A DNA stretch of 64,000 nt from Syntrophales bacterium (GCA_963662405.2 CAXXKT010000001.1:1568001-1632000); one strand, 5' to 3'; shown: positions 1-9,990, counted from the first letter of the stretch. A program made the numbers and translations. Notes: generated from the letters alone by a model not told the origin.

Positions 1-1
1 C

Positions 2-1841
2 ATAGCAAATCAGGAGGGGAACCGGACCACACCGTCAGTGGTTGCCTTTACGGAAGGCGGTGAACGACTGGTCGGACAGGCTGCCAAGCGGCAGGCCATT
101 ACCAATCCGGAAAATACCGTATACGCGGTCAAAAGGTTGATCGGGAGGAGATTTTCGTCGAAGGAGGTACAGTACGATATCACCATCAGCCCTTTCAAGA
201 TCACGGAGGCGAAGAACGGTGACGCTCAAATAACGGTCAGAGGAAAAGATTACAGTACGCCGGAGATCTCTTCGATGGTTCTGGCGAAGATGAAACAAAC
301 CGCAGATGATTACCTGGGTGAAAAGGTGACCGATGCGGTGGTCACGGTCCCCGCCTATTTTAACGATTCGCAGCGGCAGGCAACGAAAGATGCCGGGAAG
401 GTCGCGGGTCTGAACGTGCTGCGCATCATCAACGAACCGACCGCGGCGGCCCTTGCCTATGGCCTCGACAAGAAAACGGACGAAAAGATTGCCGTCTTCG
501 ATCTGGGTGGCGGAACCTTCGATATCTCCATCCTGGAGCTGGGAGGGGGCGTCTTCGAAGTCAAATCGACCAATGGCGATACCCACCTGGGGGGTGAAGA
601 TTTTGACCAGAAACTGATCGACTACATCGCGGACGAGTTCAAGAAAGATCAGGGGATCGATCTGAGGACCGACAAGATGGCCCTCCAACGCATCAAAGAG
701 GCGGCGGAAAAGGCGAAGATGGAACTCTCCACGTCGATGGAGACGGATGTCAACCCTCCCCTTCGTTACGGCGGACGCGTCCGGTCCCAAGCACCTCAAC
801 ATGAAATTAACCCGGGCCAAGCTGGAGATGCTCGTTTCAGACCTGATCGATAAACTCGATGCCCCCTGTAAGATGGCACTGAAGGACTCGGGTCTGAGTG
901 CCTCGGACATCGGTGAGGTGATCCTTGTCGGCGGAATGACCCGTATGCCCCGGGTCCAGCAGAAGGTCAAGGAGATCTTCGGGAAGGAACCCCACAAGGG
1001 GGTTAACCCCGATGAGGTGGTCGCCATCGGGGCCGCTATCCAAGGGGGCGTGTTGACCGGCGATGTCAAGGATGTCCTCCTTCTCGACGTGACACCCCTG
1101 TCTCTCGGTATCGAGACCCTGGGGGGCGTCATGACGAAGCTGATCGAGAAGAACGCCACCATCCCGACCAAGAAGAGTCAGGTCTTCTCCACAGCAGCGG
1201 ATAACCAGCCCGCGGTCAGTATCCATGTCCTGCAAGGGGAGCGCTCCATGGCGGCCGACAACAGGACGCTGGGCCGGTTCGAGCTGACCGGAATACCGCC
1301 GGCACCCAGAGGGCTGCCGCAGATCGATGTCACCTTCGATATCGATGCCAACGGTATCGTCCATGTATCGGCCAAGGATCTCGGTACGGGGAAGGAACAG
1401 AGCATCAAGATCACCGCATCGAGCGGCCTCTCCGAGGACGAGATCGACAAGCTGGTCAAGGAGGCCGAGGCCCACGGAGAAGAGGACAAGAAGAAGAAAG
1501 AACTGATCGAGGTGAAGAACCAGGCCGATTCGATGGTATACGGCATCGAAAAGAACCTGAAGGAAATGGGAGACCAGATAGACGCCGATCAGAAAACCCG
1601 GATAGAAGAGGCCATCGCCAAGCTCAAGACGGCCCTGGAGGGGGACGATATCGACGCCATCAAGGCCGCCCAGGAAGAGGCAACCCAGGCTTCGCATAAA
1701 CTGGCGGAGGCCATGTACGCGAAGGCGACCAAAGAACAGGCGGCGGATGCGGGGGGCGCATCGGAAGAAGGCCCCCAGACCGGATCGGCAAAGCCCGACG
1801 ATGACGTTGTGGATGCCGATTTCGAAGAGGTCGACAAATAA
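2..1841 (+). CDS. dnaK: Chaperone DnaK (5'-truncated by window; apparent +1 frameshift at ~754-756)
   Basis: [42 protein letters not shown] in frame 2; continues in ORF 747-1841 ([14 protein letters not shown]...[12 protein letters not shown]). One extra C in AACCCTCCCC joins the frames. Confidence 0.97.
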
Positions 1842-1856
1842 CACTTTTCGTTCTTG

Positions 1857-1895
1857 CAATCAATGCCCGGGGGCATGTCCCCCGGGCATTGATTG
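1857..1895 (+). terminator. Probable terminator hairpin after dnaK
   Basis: Perfect 17-bp inverted repeat CAATCAATGCCCGGGGG-catgt-CCCCCGGGCATTGATTG. Confidence 0.75.
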
Positions 1896-1904
1896 TCTTC
1901 ATCC

Positions 1905-1933
1905 TTGACAGTCATTCGCCTTTTTGTCATAAT
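1905..1933 (+). promoter_or_regulatory. Sigma70-type promoter
   Basis: TTGACA-17 nt-CATAAT upstream of the ferritin-like gene. Confidence 0.6.
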
Positions 1934-2082
1934 CCCCTTCGGCGATACGTCACGATTCATATACAATATCCTCATCACATTATCACCTTCTGTCCCTACT
2001 GATTCTTTGTGCTTTGTGAGATTCACCGTCCGCGGGGTCTGAGTCCCATTGAGGAAACTTCCATCGAGGGAGGACCCACACC

Positions 2083-2532
2083 ATGAAGAAGATGATGGAG
2101 ACAGTGATCGACATCGCCATCGACCGGGAGATAGCGGCCGGTGACTTTTACCGGGACCTTGCCGGGAAAGTTGAGGATCGGGCCGTCAGGGACACCCTGA
2201 CCTTTCTTGCGGGGGAGGAACAGAACCACCGGGATTTCCTGATGGGATACCGTGACGGACGTTACGGGTCCGATGCGCTGTGCCTGACCGATACCGTCGA
2301 TTACAAGATAGCCGAGTACCTGGGAGAACCCGACACCAGCGGGGAGATGAAAAGCGCGGATGTGTATCTCGTCGCGACTCATCGGGAGTTCCAGTTATAC
2401 CTCTTCTACCGGGCGCTGGCCGACCTGCATCCGGACGGCGAGATCAGGGAGATGCTCCTTCGGATTGCCGGCGAGGAGATGCGGCACAAGGAGAAGGTGG
2501 GATACCTGTGCAGCAATGTGGCCTTTCCGTAG
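2083..2532 (+). CDS. Rubrerythrin/ferritin-like di-iron protein
   Basis: AIDREIAAGDFY, EEQNH, EEMRH ExxH motifs; RBS GGAGGA. Confidence 0.8.
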   Translation: MKKMMETVIDIAIDREIAAGDFYRDLAGKVEDRAVRDTLTFLAGEEQNHRDFLMGYRDGRYGSDALCLTDTVDYKIAEYLGEPDTSGEMKSADVYLVATHREFQLYLFYRALADLHPDGEIREMLLRIAGEEMRHKEKVGYLCSNVAFP

Positions 2533-2566
2533 ACGGCGGGAGGCTGAGAGACAAAAGGAGGGATCC

Positions 2567-2941
2567 ATGTTTCATGACCGGTTGTCACGGCAGGCGTGTG
2601 CGGTATTCTTTCTTCTCTTATTGTTGACCCTTGCCCTGTGGCCGACCATGGCCCGCGGCCACGGGCCGAAGGATGTCGTTCTGGCCTACGATCCAGGGTC
2701 CCGGACCCTGCGCGTCACTATTACCCATACCGTATCGAACCCTCAAAAACACTACGTTAAAACAGTCTCCATCGCCAGAAACGGAGAACTCGTCACAAAA
2801 GAAAAGTACACGGACCAACCGGTCCCCTCGTCCTTCTCATACACGTACACTGTCGAAGCAGAACCGGGAGATAGACTCGAGGTCACGGCCGACTGCAACT
2901 ATTTCGGATCGAAAACGGGAGAGTTCACTCTCGGCAGGTAA
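2567..2941 (+). CDS. Exported small metal-binding protein (desulfoferrodoxin/SOR ferrous-site-like Ig fold)
   Basis: RBS AAGGAGG, signal peptide, mature N-terminal His, H...HY...CNYFG pattern. Confidence 0.55.
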   Translation: MFHDRLSRQACAVFFLLLLLTLALWPTMARGHGPKDVVLAYDPGSRTLRVTITHTVSNPQKHYVKTVSIARNGELVTKEKYTDQPVPSSFSYTYTVEAEPGDRLEVTADCNYFGSKTGEFTLGR

Positions 2942-2978
2942 CAAGGTCATTGGAGGAAACGCGCACGGGAGGAGTCCT

Positions 2979-3365
2979 ATGATCTTCATCCATGCAGGGT
3001 GCATGTCTGCGGGTCTTCTGTTGCTGAGTGTCGGGGTTTCCGGAGCCATGATGATGCGAAAAAAGGAATGGTGGCTTCGCGTTCATCGGCGGTGCGGCAC
3101 CGCGGGAGTGGTCGGTGTCCTCCTCGGATTGGCGGTTGCCCTGTACATGGTTTCCGGGCAGACAGGACGGCATTGTGCCGTCCCGCACGCCTGGCTGGGG
3201 ATCATCACGGTTCTTGCCGTGGTGTGCACGTACCTGATCGGAGTGGCGCAGCTCAAGATGAGGGTACCCCGCATGCGACCGCTGCACCGGTGGGTCGGTC
3301 GTGTGACGCTCGCGCTGCTGGTCATCAATGTCCTGTCGGGACTGTCTCTGGTCGGGGTCATGTAG
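2979..3365 (+). CDS. 4-TM membrane protein with conserved His (cytochrome b561/DUF4079-like)
   Basis: Hydrophobic helices with IHAG, WLRVHR, PHAWLG, LHRWVGR. Confidence 0.6.
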   Translation: MIFIHAGCMSAGLLLLSVGVSGAMMMRKKEWWLRVHRRCGTAGVVGVLLGLAVALYMVSGQTGRHCAVPHAWLGIITVLAVVCTYLIGVAQLKMRVPRMRPLHRWVGRVTLALLVINVLSGLSLVGVM

Positions 3366-3457
3366 TTGGGGATCACGGGGAAAAGACTCTTTCAAGGTGG
3401 TGCGGTAAAACGGCAGGAAACCAGGGTTAAAATCGTCACGCAGAGGGAGGGTAAGGT

Positions 3458-3763
3458 ATGAATATCTATCATTTCTGTCTGGGAATCATGGTCTTTCCAC
3501 CGGCCTGTGCCTTCGCCGATGTCGGCGATGGCGGGTGTTGGTCCGGGTGGGGCCGTATGGGACCCGGGTTTGGAGGAATGTTTATGTGGATACTGCTTCT
3601 TGTCGCCGTCGGTCTGATCGCCTACTTTCTGGTGCGGGCGTCAAAAGAGGGGAACATCAGGGGCCCGCATGAGACGCCCCTCGATCTTCTCAAGAAACGA
3701 TACGCCCGGGGTGAGATCACCAAGGAGCAGTACGAAGAGATAAAGCAGGACCTGGAGGAGTGA
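3458..3763 (+). CDS. SHOCT domain membrane protein
   Basis: Gly-rich segment, TM helix, ETPLDLLKKRYARGEITKEQYEE. Confidence 0.85.
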   Translation: MNIYHFCLGIMVFPPACAFADVGDGGCWSGWGRMGPGFGGMFMWILLLVAVGLIAYFLVRASKEGNIRGPHETPLDLLKKRYARGEITKEQYEEIKQDLEE

Positions 3764-3867
3764 CGGTGTAAGCCGTTTCCTGCCGGGGCCCATGGCGCGT
3801 ATCAGTCCCGATGGTTGTTGTTGCGATCGTTTCCCGCAGAAGGAAACGGAAAATGGAGGTGTATCGC

Positions 3868-4089
3868 ATGGCTGAGATACGAGTGGACGTACGGGGAGAG
3901 ACCTGTCCGGTGCCCCTCGTGGAGACCCGCAAGGCGCTCAGGAAGGCCGTGGCGGGGGATACCCTGGAGATCACAGGAACGCATCCCGCTTCCAAGAAGG
4001 AGATACCCATGGCCCTGCAGGCGTTGGGTTTGGACGGGGTCGGGGTGCAGGAAGAGGGGGATGTGTGGACCATCAGGGTTCACGTTTGA
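3868..4089 (+). CDS. tusA: TusA-family sulfur carrier
   Basis: VDVRGETCPVP CPxP motif; RBS GGAGGT. Confidence 0.88.
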   Translation: MAEIRVDVRGETCPVPLVETRKALRKAVAGDTLEITGTHPASKKEIPMALQALGLDGVGVQEEGDVWTIRVHV

Positions 4090-4101
4090 AGGAGGGTACC
4101 T

Positions 4102-4521
4102 ATGGCAGATAAGGCAACCATCGTTGTTCACAGCGGGGATATGGACAAGGTGTACAGTGCCCTCATTATTGCCACCGGTGCTTTGTCCATGGGGATGGAG
4201 GCATCCCTCTACTTTACCTTCTGGGGACTCGAACGGCTCATCACGGGGAAACTGGAAGGGGGACGCCTCTCACGGATGCACCTCATGGGGATCGGGAAGT
4301 GGATGGTGCAAAGGCGGATGAAGGCGGCAAACGTGGCCTCCCTGGAACGGCTCCTTCAGGACTTCAAGGAACTGGGGGGGAAGATCATCGCCTGCGAAAT
4401 GACGATGCAGATCATGGGGATCAGACGGGAGGCCCTTCGCCGGGACCTGATCGACGAGTACGGTGCCGTGGGGACCTACGTGCAGGAGGCACGGGAGTCG
4501 AAGATCACCCTCTTCATATAA
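4102..4521 (+). CDS. DsrE/DsrF/DrsH-like sulfur relay protein
   Basis: LYFTFWGL, IIACEMTM, GAVGTYV motifs. Confidence 0.88.
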   Translation: MADKATIVVHSGDMDKVYSALIIATGALSMGMEASLYFTFWGLERLITGKLEGGRLSRMHLMGIGKWMVQRRMKAANVASLERLLQDFKELGGKIIACEMTMQIMGIRREALRRDLIDEYGAVGTYVQEARESKITLFI

Positions 4522-4533
4522 GGAGACGTTGCC

Positions 4534-5700
4534 ATGATTGAGAAGACCGTCTATCTCGACAATGCCGCGGCAACCCGGATGGACGAGCGGGTCCTGGAGG
4601 CCATGATACCGTACTTCTTCGAGACCTACCCGGTCGCCACGTCGGAGTTCGGCTATTCCCTCGGTATCGAGGCCCGGGAGGCACTGGAGAGGGCCCGGGA
4701 GGAGATCGCACACCGCCTCGGTGCCGACAGTGAGGAGTTCATCTTTACTTCGGGGAGCACCGAATCGAGTAACCTGGCCCTCAAGGGGGTGGCCCGCGCC
4801 CTCGGCGATAAGAAGGGGAGACATTTGATCATTTCCGCCATCGAGGACTTTCCCGTTCTTTACAGTGCCAGGGCCCTCGAGCGGCAGGGTTTCTCCGTCA
4901 CCTCCCTGGGAGTCGACCACGAGGGAGGTGTCGATCCCGAGAGGGTCCGGGATGCGATCACGGACGAGACTATCCTGGTCTCGATCCAGCACGCGAACCA
5001 GGAGATCGGGACGACCCAGGATATAAGAACCATCGGCCGCATCTGCCGCGAAAGAGGAGTCCTGTTCCACACCGACGCCACACACACCTTCACACGGGTA
5101 CCTCTCGATACCACCCAGGTGCCGGTGGACCTGATAACCCTCTCTCCCCATACGATCCACGGTCCGAAGGGGATCGGCGGCTTGTATATCCGGAAAGGAA
5201 CGCCCATCGCAAAATGGATGGACGGGGGGTTCCAGGAGTTCAATCTCAGGGCCGGTATGGAGAATATCCCGGGAGCTGTCGGTTTCGCGAAGGCGGTCGA
5301 TCTGGTTGTCCCCCGGGAGAACGAACAGATCGAGGCGATGCGGAATCACCTTATCGATCGCGTATCGGCCGAGGTACCGGACACGACCTTGAACGGACAC
5401 CGATCGAAGAGGACCCCGCAGAACGCGAACATCACCTTCCACTTCGTGGAGGGAGAATCAATTACCCTCCACCTCGACATGCGCGGCTTTGCCGTCAGCA
5501 CGGGTTCCGCCTGTTTCAGCCGGTCGCTGGAGGCGAGCCACGTGATCTTGGGGATCGGCGGGGATCATGAACGGGCGCACGGGTCGATTCGCCTCACCGC
5601 CGGTCGGTACAACACCATGGAAGAGATGGACTCGGTCGTAGACACGATCACCGAGGTGGTGGGAGAACTGCGGAAGATCAGCCCTTTGACCAGACAGTAA
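4534..5700 (+). CDS. IscS/NifS-like cysteine desulfurase homolog (PLP Lys replaced by Thr)
   Basis: YLDNAAAT, FTSGSTESSN, STGSACFS; SPHTIHGPKG instead of SxHKxxGPKG. Confidence 0.9.
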   Translation: MIEKTVYLDNAAATRMDERVLEAMIPYFFETYPVATSEFGYSLGIEAREALERAREEIAHRLGADSEEFIFTSGSTESSNLALKGVARALGDKKGRHLIISAIEDFPVLYSARALERQGFSVTSLGVDHEGGVDPERVRDAITDETILVSIQHANQEIGTTQDIRTIGRICRERGVLFHTDATHTFTRVPLDTTQVPVDLITLSPHTIHGPKGIGGLYIRKGTPIAKWMDGGFQEFNLRAGMENIPGAVGFAKAVDLVVPRENEQIEAMRNHLIDRVSAEVPDTTLNGHRSKRTPQNANITFHFVEGESITLHLDMRGFAVSTGSACFSRSLEASHVILGIGGDHERAHGSIRLTAGRYNTMEEMDSVVDTITEVVGELRKISPLTRQ

Positions 5701-5712
5701 GGAGGATCAACC

Positions 5713-6348
5713 ATGACTTTTCCATACAGCGACACGGTGTTGGAACACTTTCGTCACCCCCGCAACGTGGGGAAACTCGAAAACCCCGACGGAAATGCCT
5801 TGGAAGGGAGTCCGGCCTGTGGGGACATGGTGGGGGTCCAGATACAGGTCGATCCCGACACGAAGCAAATTACGGATATCAAATTCGAATCCTACGGCTG
5901 TGCCTCCAACATAGCAACGGGTTCCATCATTACCGAACTGGCAAAGGGGAAAACACTCGACGAGGCCAAGAAAATCACGTGGAAGGAGGCGTCGGAGGCC
6001 CTGGGGGGATTGCCCCCGATCAAGGCCCACTGCTCGGTCCTCGCCGTCGAGGGACTCCGCTCGGCGATCCGGAACTATGAGGAACGTCACGGCCTGATTA
6101 CGGATCAAGAACCCACTACCGTGGAGGGTGTCCGCAGGCGCCTCCAGAAGGTGATGAATCCCCTCTCGGGGCTCGATCTGGTTCGAACGGAACTGGTCAA
6201 AGAGATCTCGGTCGATCAGGGGATCGTCCGTGTGACGGTGGATATCCCCGCCGGCCATCAGTTCGCCCCTAATATCAGAGACGAGATCGTGGAGAAGATA
6301 CAGCCCCTCTGGGACGTGGAACGGGTGGAGGTCCTCTTCACGGAGTAA
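5713..6348 (+). CDS. IscU/NifU-N scaffold fused to a DUF59/MIP18-like domain
   Basis: HFRHPRNVG, PACGD, YGC, KAHC; C-terminal LQKVMNPLSGLDLVRTELV. Confidence 0.85.
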   Translation: MTFPYSDTVLEHFRHPRNVGKLENPDGNALEGSPACGDMVGVQIQVDPDTKQITDIKFESYGCASNIATGSIITELAKGKTLDEAKKITWKEASEALGGLPPIKAHCSVLAVEGLRSAIRNYEERHGLITDQEPTTVEGVRRRLQKVMNPLSGLDLVRTELVKEISVDQGIVRVTVDIPAGHQFAPNIRDEIVEKIQPLWDVERVEVLFTE

Positions 6349-6550
6349 CTGGGAACCGCACAAGCAGAACTACTTGCGACCCATCTCGTGGCGCAGGGTG
6401 ATCTCCGAGGGTGCGCCTGTACGTTGTTCCATTATATCCCGCCAAAGGATCCGCAATCAACCGCATTATTGAGATGATATCTGGGGGCTCGAATGAATAA
6501 AAATTCAAGTTTGGGGGGGTGGTGCCGATATATGAGGAAGGACAGGTACT

Positions 6551-9250
6551 ATGATTCTGAATGGAGATACAAAGACGGGACAACTTGAGAAAGACCGGCT
6601 GACCCCTCCGTCTTCCCCCGGTCACTCGGATACGTCTATTCAAAACATAGCCGTTCTTTTTACCGATATTATCGGATCAACCCAATTCTTCCAATCCCAC
6701 GGCAATCTTGCCGGGCGCACCATGCTCCAACAGCATGAAAGTCTTGTCTCAACGACCATTGCACGGTTCGGAGGAACGGTCGTTAAGAATCTGGGTGACT
6801 CTATTATGGCCTATTTCCTGAGTCCCCGGGAGGCGACGAAAACCGCCGTTCAGATACAAAAAGAGTTTCAGGATTATAATAAAGAGCACGGTGACGGTCA
6901 CAAGATCCACGTGAGGATCGGTATTCACTTCGATGAGGGAATTGTTGAGAACACAGACATATTCGGGAACGCAGTCAATATAGCGTCGAAGATTACCGAT
7001 CTTGCGGGGAGCAATGAGATCTGTATATCTGAGAACGTTTTCGCTCTGGCCAAAGCGCTCCCGTCCCTTACGTTTGAGCCGGTTAAAATCACGGATAACG
7101 ATAATGCCCGATTGGAATCGCTGGCCTATCGTGTCTGCTGGGAGAAGAGCGTTGGTTTTGCTCCTGCGCTGATGACGGTCCTCTATATGAAACCGTTCTC
7201 CCAAAAACGGGGGAGTGGCATCTTCGATCCACTCTGGAAGAGCTTAATCACGGCCAGGGCGCTTTTTTGGGAAGGACGGGTCCATAGCGAAACAATTTTG
7301 GAAGATCAGGCTGTTATCCTCACAACGAAAAACCTCTCGGTTGCCATGGATGTGGTCGCTGATGTGCTCACCTTTCTCAAAGAAAGCATAGGGGGGCAAT
7401 TTACCGTTCCGCTGCAGATCCTTGTTGACGCCGGCCCTCCTCAGATAATCGAAGGATTGATCCGTGAAGGGTTCAAACCTGAGTGGGATCATCTTCGGCC
7501 GGACACCATTTTCCTGACCACGGCCGCCCATTACCTTATAGCGGAGGAAAAGATTCATGTTGCCTCCATTACCCCCCCGGAACCGGGTACCCTTTATTCA
7601 TTCTATGCAATAGCACCCAACGACTACCAGCAGAACGGAAACGAGCTTCTTTTCCCGTATCAGGGTATGCTTTACAAGGGGGACCATGCCCCCTGTTTTT
7701 ACTGTGGCAGCAGAGATCACGCGATCAGCGACTGTCCGTCCAAACAACTGACGGTGGTCACCGATACCCTTGACCACTTGGGGTACCTCTCCTTTGAAGA
7801 GATCAGCGAAACCTTTCTCTCCTATCTCAAGAGTTCGGAAGAGGAAAAGGCCCGAACACTCCGATCTGATGAAGAAATGAACGGGCAGCCACCATCGGCC
7901 GGTCTTGGACTATACGAGCTTAATCAACTTTTCCAACTCCGCTTTCTGAGAAATATATGGGAGAGTGCGAGCAACGATTGGGATACGGTGGCACGGGCTC
8001 GGCAGAGGGGAGACGGCTCCGGGGATCTGATCTGGCTGGCGCAGGATTGTATCCGTGTCTCCAATCTCACAAAAGCGGAATCACTCCTGAGGAATTGCCT
8101 GGAAAAGTATCCTGATGACTACCGGACATATTGCGCACTGGCCTTTCTGAATATAGAGCAGGGAAAGTTTCCAAGGAGCGAACAGCACCTGAACAAGGCA
8201 CTCCGCTATACGCGAACCGTCCCTCAAAAGATCTACATCCTTTTTCTTCTTTCCCGATTACACAACCTCGCCGGTGATTTCGATGGTGCTCGGAGAAGGA
8301 CACGTGAAATAAGCATAATGCAACCCTACTGTCCCGAGGCGACCTACCAGGAAGTCGTTTTCAACTTCAGAGAGGGGCGCGAGGGCCCGGCGCTGAAACG
8401 GCTCATAAGCCTGATCCGGATGAACCGGGAATACTATGTCAAGACCCTGATCGATCCGGACCTGGCCCCTTACAGCCAGGTAACCCATCCTGTACTCAAA
8501 AATCTGTTTACGGAAATCAGGCAACAGGCACAAAGAAAGGCCTTTGAGGCCGGGAGGAAATTCACTTTCTTTGATCGGTTTTGGGTGAAAGGAGAAGAAG
8601 AGGACGCTCAAAAGATCAAAGCTTTCATGTCAAAGATGCAGTCCTTGGTGTCGACCGCCAGCTATTTCGGGTATTTGGATATTGCGGATTGCGCCGATTC
8701 TATAATCAGCATTTGTCGTCGGGCACAGATTCGTCGGAAGGAAAGGTTGATGGACAGCGTGCATGCCGTGCACAAGCGCATCGATTCCATCTTCGATTTC
8801 ACCGCGGATTATCGTCCCCAGCTTTCTTCCACGTCTCCCTATCGGCAACTGCAGGCTGTGCGATCACAGTTCGAGGAATTCGTGAGATCGGCGGCGTTAT
8901 ATGATCTGGCGCGATATAAGGAAATGTCCGAACAATGCCGGAAGATGCTCGGAGAACTGACTGAGATCGAAGTGAAGCTCCGTCAGCTGAGGACAATTCT
9001 GAATCTCAAGCGGTTCATTCTTGTTTTCACGAAAAATGCCATCTTCATCCTTTCCATCATCCTGTTTGCAGAGATTGTGATCCTCCCCACGATTGCCTAT
9101 TATCTGAATACATTTTTGCCGGACTTTGATTTGTTCACGGGGGGAGATCTCCGGGTCTACCACAAATACGCTCTTATCTTCGGGCTGTTGGGGGGTCTGG
9201 GGCTGACCTTTCTTAAATCCTTCAAGACCTTTTTCAAGGGCAAGGCCTGA
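6551..9250 (+). CDS. Class III adenylate/guanylate cyclase-domain protein with CCHC zinc knuckle, TPR-like region and C-terminal TM helices
   Basis: VLFTDIIGST, VKNLGD, RIGIH, DIFGNAVNIASK; CFYCGSRDHAISDC; two hydrophobic C-terminal segments. Confidence 0.8.
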   Translation: MILNGDTKTGQLEKDRLTPPSSPGHSDTSIQNIAVLFTDIIGSTQFFQSHGNLAGRTMLQQHESLVSTTIARFGGTVVKNLGDSIMAYFLSPREATKTAVQIQKEFQDYNKEHGDGHKIHVRIGIHFDEGIVENTDIFGNAVNIASKITDLAGSNEICISENVFALAKALPSLTFEPVKITDNDNARLESLAYRVCWEKSVGFAPALMTVLYMKPFSQKRGSGIFDPLWKSLITARALFWEGRVHSETILEDQAVILTTKNLSVAMDVVADVLTFLKESIGGQFTVPLQILVDAGPPQIIEGLIREGFKPEWDHLRPDTIFLTTAAHYLIAEEKIHVASITPPEPGTLYSFYAIAPNDYQQNGNELLFPYQGMLYKGDHAPCFYCGSRDHAISDCPSKQLTVVTDTLDHLGYLSFEEISETFLSYLKSSEEEKARTLRSDEEMNGQPPSAGLGLYELNQLFQLRFLRNIWESASNDWDTVARARQRGDGSGDLIWLAQDCIRVSNLTKAESLLRNCLEKYPDDYRTYCALAFLNIEQGKFPRSEQHLNKALRYTRTVPQKIYILFLLSRLHNLAGDFDGARRRTREISIMQPYCPEATYQEVVFNFREGREGPALKRLISLIRMNREYYVKTLIDPDLAPYSQVTHPVLKNLFTEIRQQAQRKAFEAGRKFTFFDRFWVKGEEEDAQKIKAFMSKMQSLVSTASYFGYLDIADCADSIISICRRAQIRRKERLMDSVHAVHKRIDSIFDFTADYRPQLSSTSPYRQLQAVRSQFEEFVRSAALYDLARYKEMSEQCRKMLGELTEIEVKLRQLRTILNLKRFILVFTKNAIFILSIILFAEIVILPTIAYYLNTFLPDFDLFTGGDLRVYHKYALIFGLLGGLGLTFLKSFKTFFKGKA

Positions 9251-9891
9251 GTGCCGGCGCAGCTGTCACCAGGCGATTTATGCCCGCATGTGTAGCTCAT
9301 CCGGGTACCGTGAAGGGGTCCCACTCTTGAAGAGTTGAGTGGAGGGTCCTTTTGCAGAAAATCCTTTTGATGGTACTCCTCCGCCGGGTGAAAATTCGAG
9401 GCGGGAAGGATCCGGGTGAAGATCCTCCCCGCTCTATCCGAGACGAGTCGATCGCGCCGATGCAGGATCATTTGTTTCTGATCGTCCGTATGGTAAAAAG
9501 CGGCGATCATGTACTGACGTGAAGCCGCTTGGTGTGTGGGATCGTGGCTGCTCCAGAATATGTCGACCAGTTCACGGTAAGAAACCGTATCCGGATCAAA
9601 TGCGATTTGAACCGTCTCGGTGTGGTCACCCGGGTCGTGGTAAGTGGGGCGCTTTTTTGTTCCCCCGGTGTACCCGACACGGGTCCGCGTGACCTCTTTG
9701 ATGCTCCCGAACTGAGCATCGGTACCCCAGACTCAGCCGAGTGCGAAGGTGGCGATTTGTGTATGGGATGCCGCAGGGGTGGTTTGAACAAATGTTATTC
9801 CCATGAAGAGGATTACAACACAGATTCTTGAGGCGATTCTCCTTCGGTATGAGAAAGGCGATTCGTCCGTACAATTTTGGTGTGACATCAT
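9157..9891 (-). CDS. msrA: Peptide methionine sulfoxide reductase MsrA, putative selenoprotein (in-frame TGA at 9733-9735); may be degenerate
   Basis: Manual translation: signal-like N-terminus, ATFALG-TGA-VWG, TRVGYTGG, PTY, GDHTE, FWSSHDPT, QY, AEEYHQK; RBS AGGAG. Confidence 0.8.
9700..9720 (-). promoter_or_regulatory. Candidate SECIS hairpin of msrA
   Basis: GATGCTC-AGTTCGG-GAGCATC after a 12-nt spacer 3' of the UGA. Confidence 0.6.
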
Positions 9892-9990
9892 CTTTCTCCT
9901 GAGATGGACACTGAGAAAAAAGAACGGGAATCATCTTCTATGGAAGATTGTTTCAAAGAAGTATCGCCATCCCTTGATGGGCGCGATTAT

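Noticed and set aside
6551..9250. Pycsar or CBASS-type defence system
   Set aside because: No adjacent cNMP-binding effector gene; specificity residues look adenine-type; size and architecture differ.
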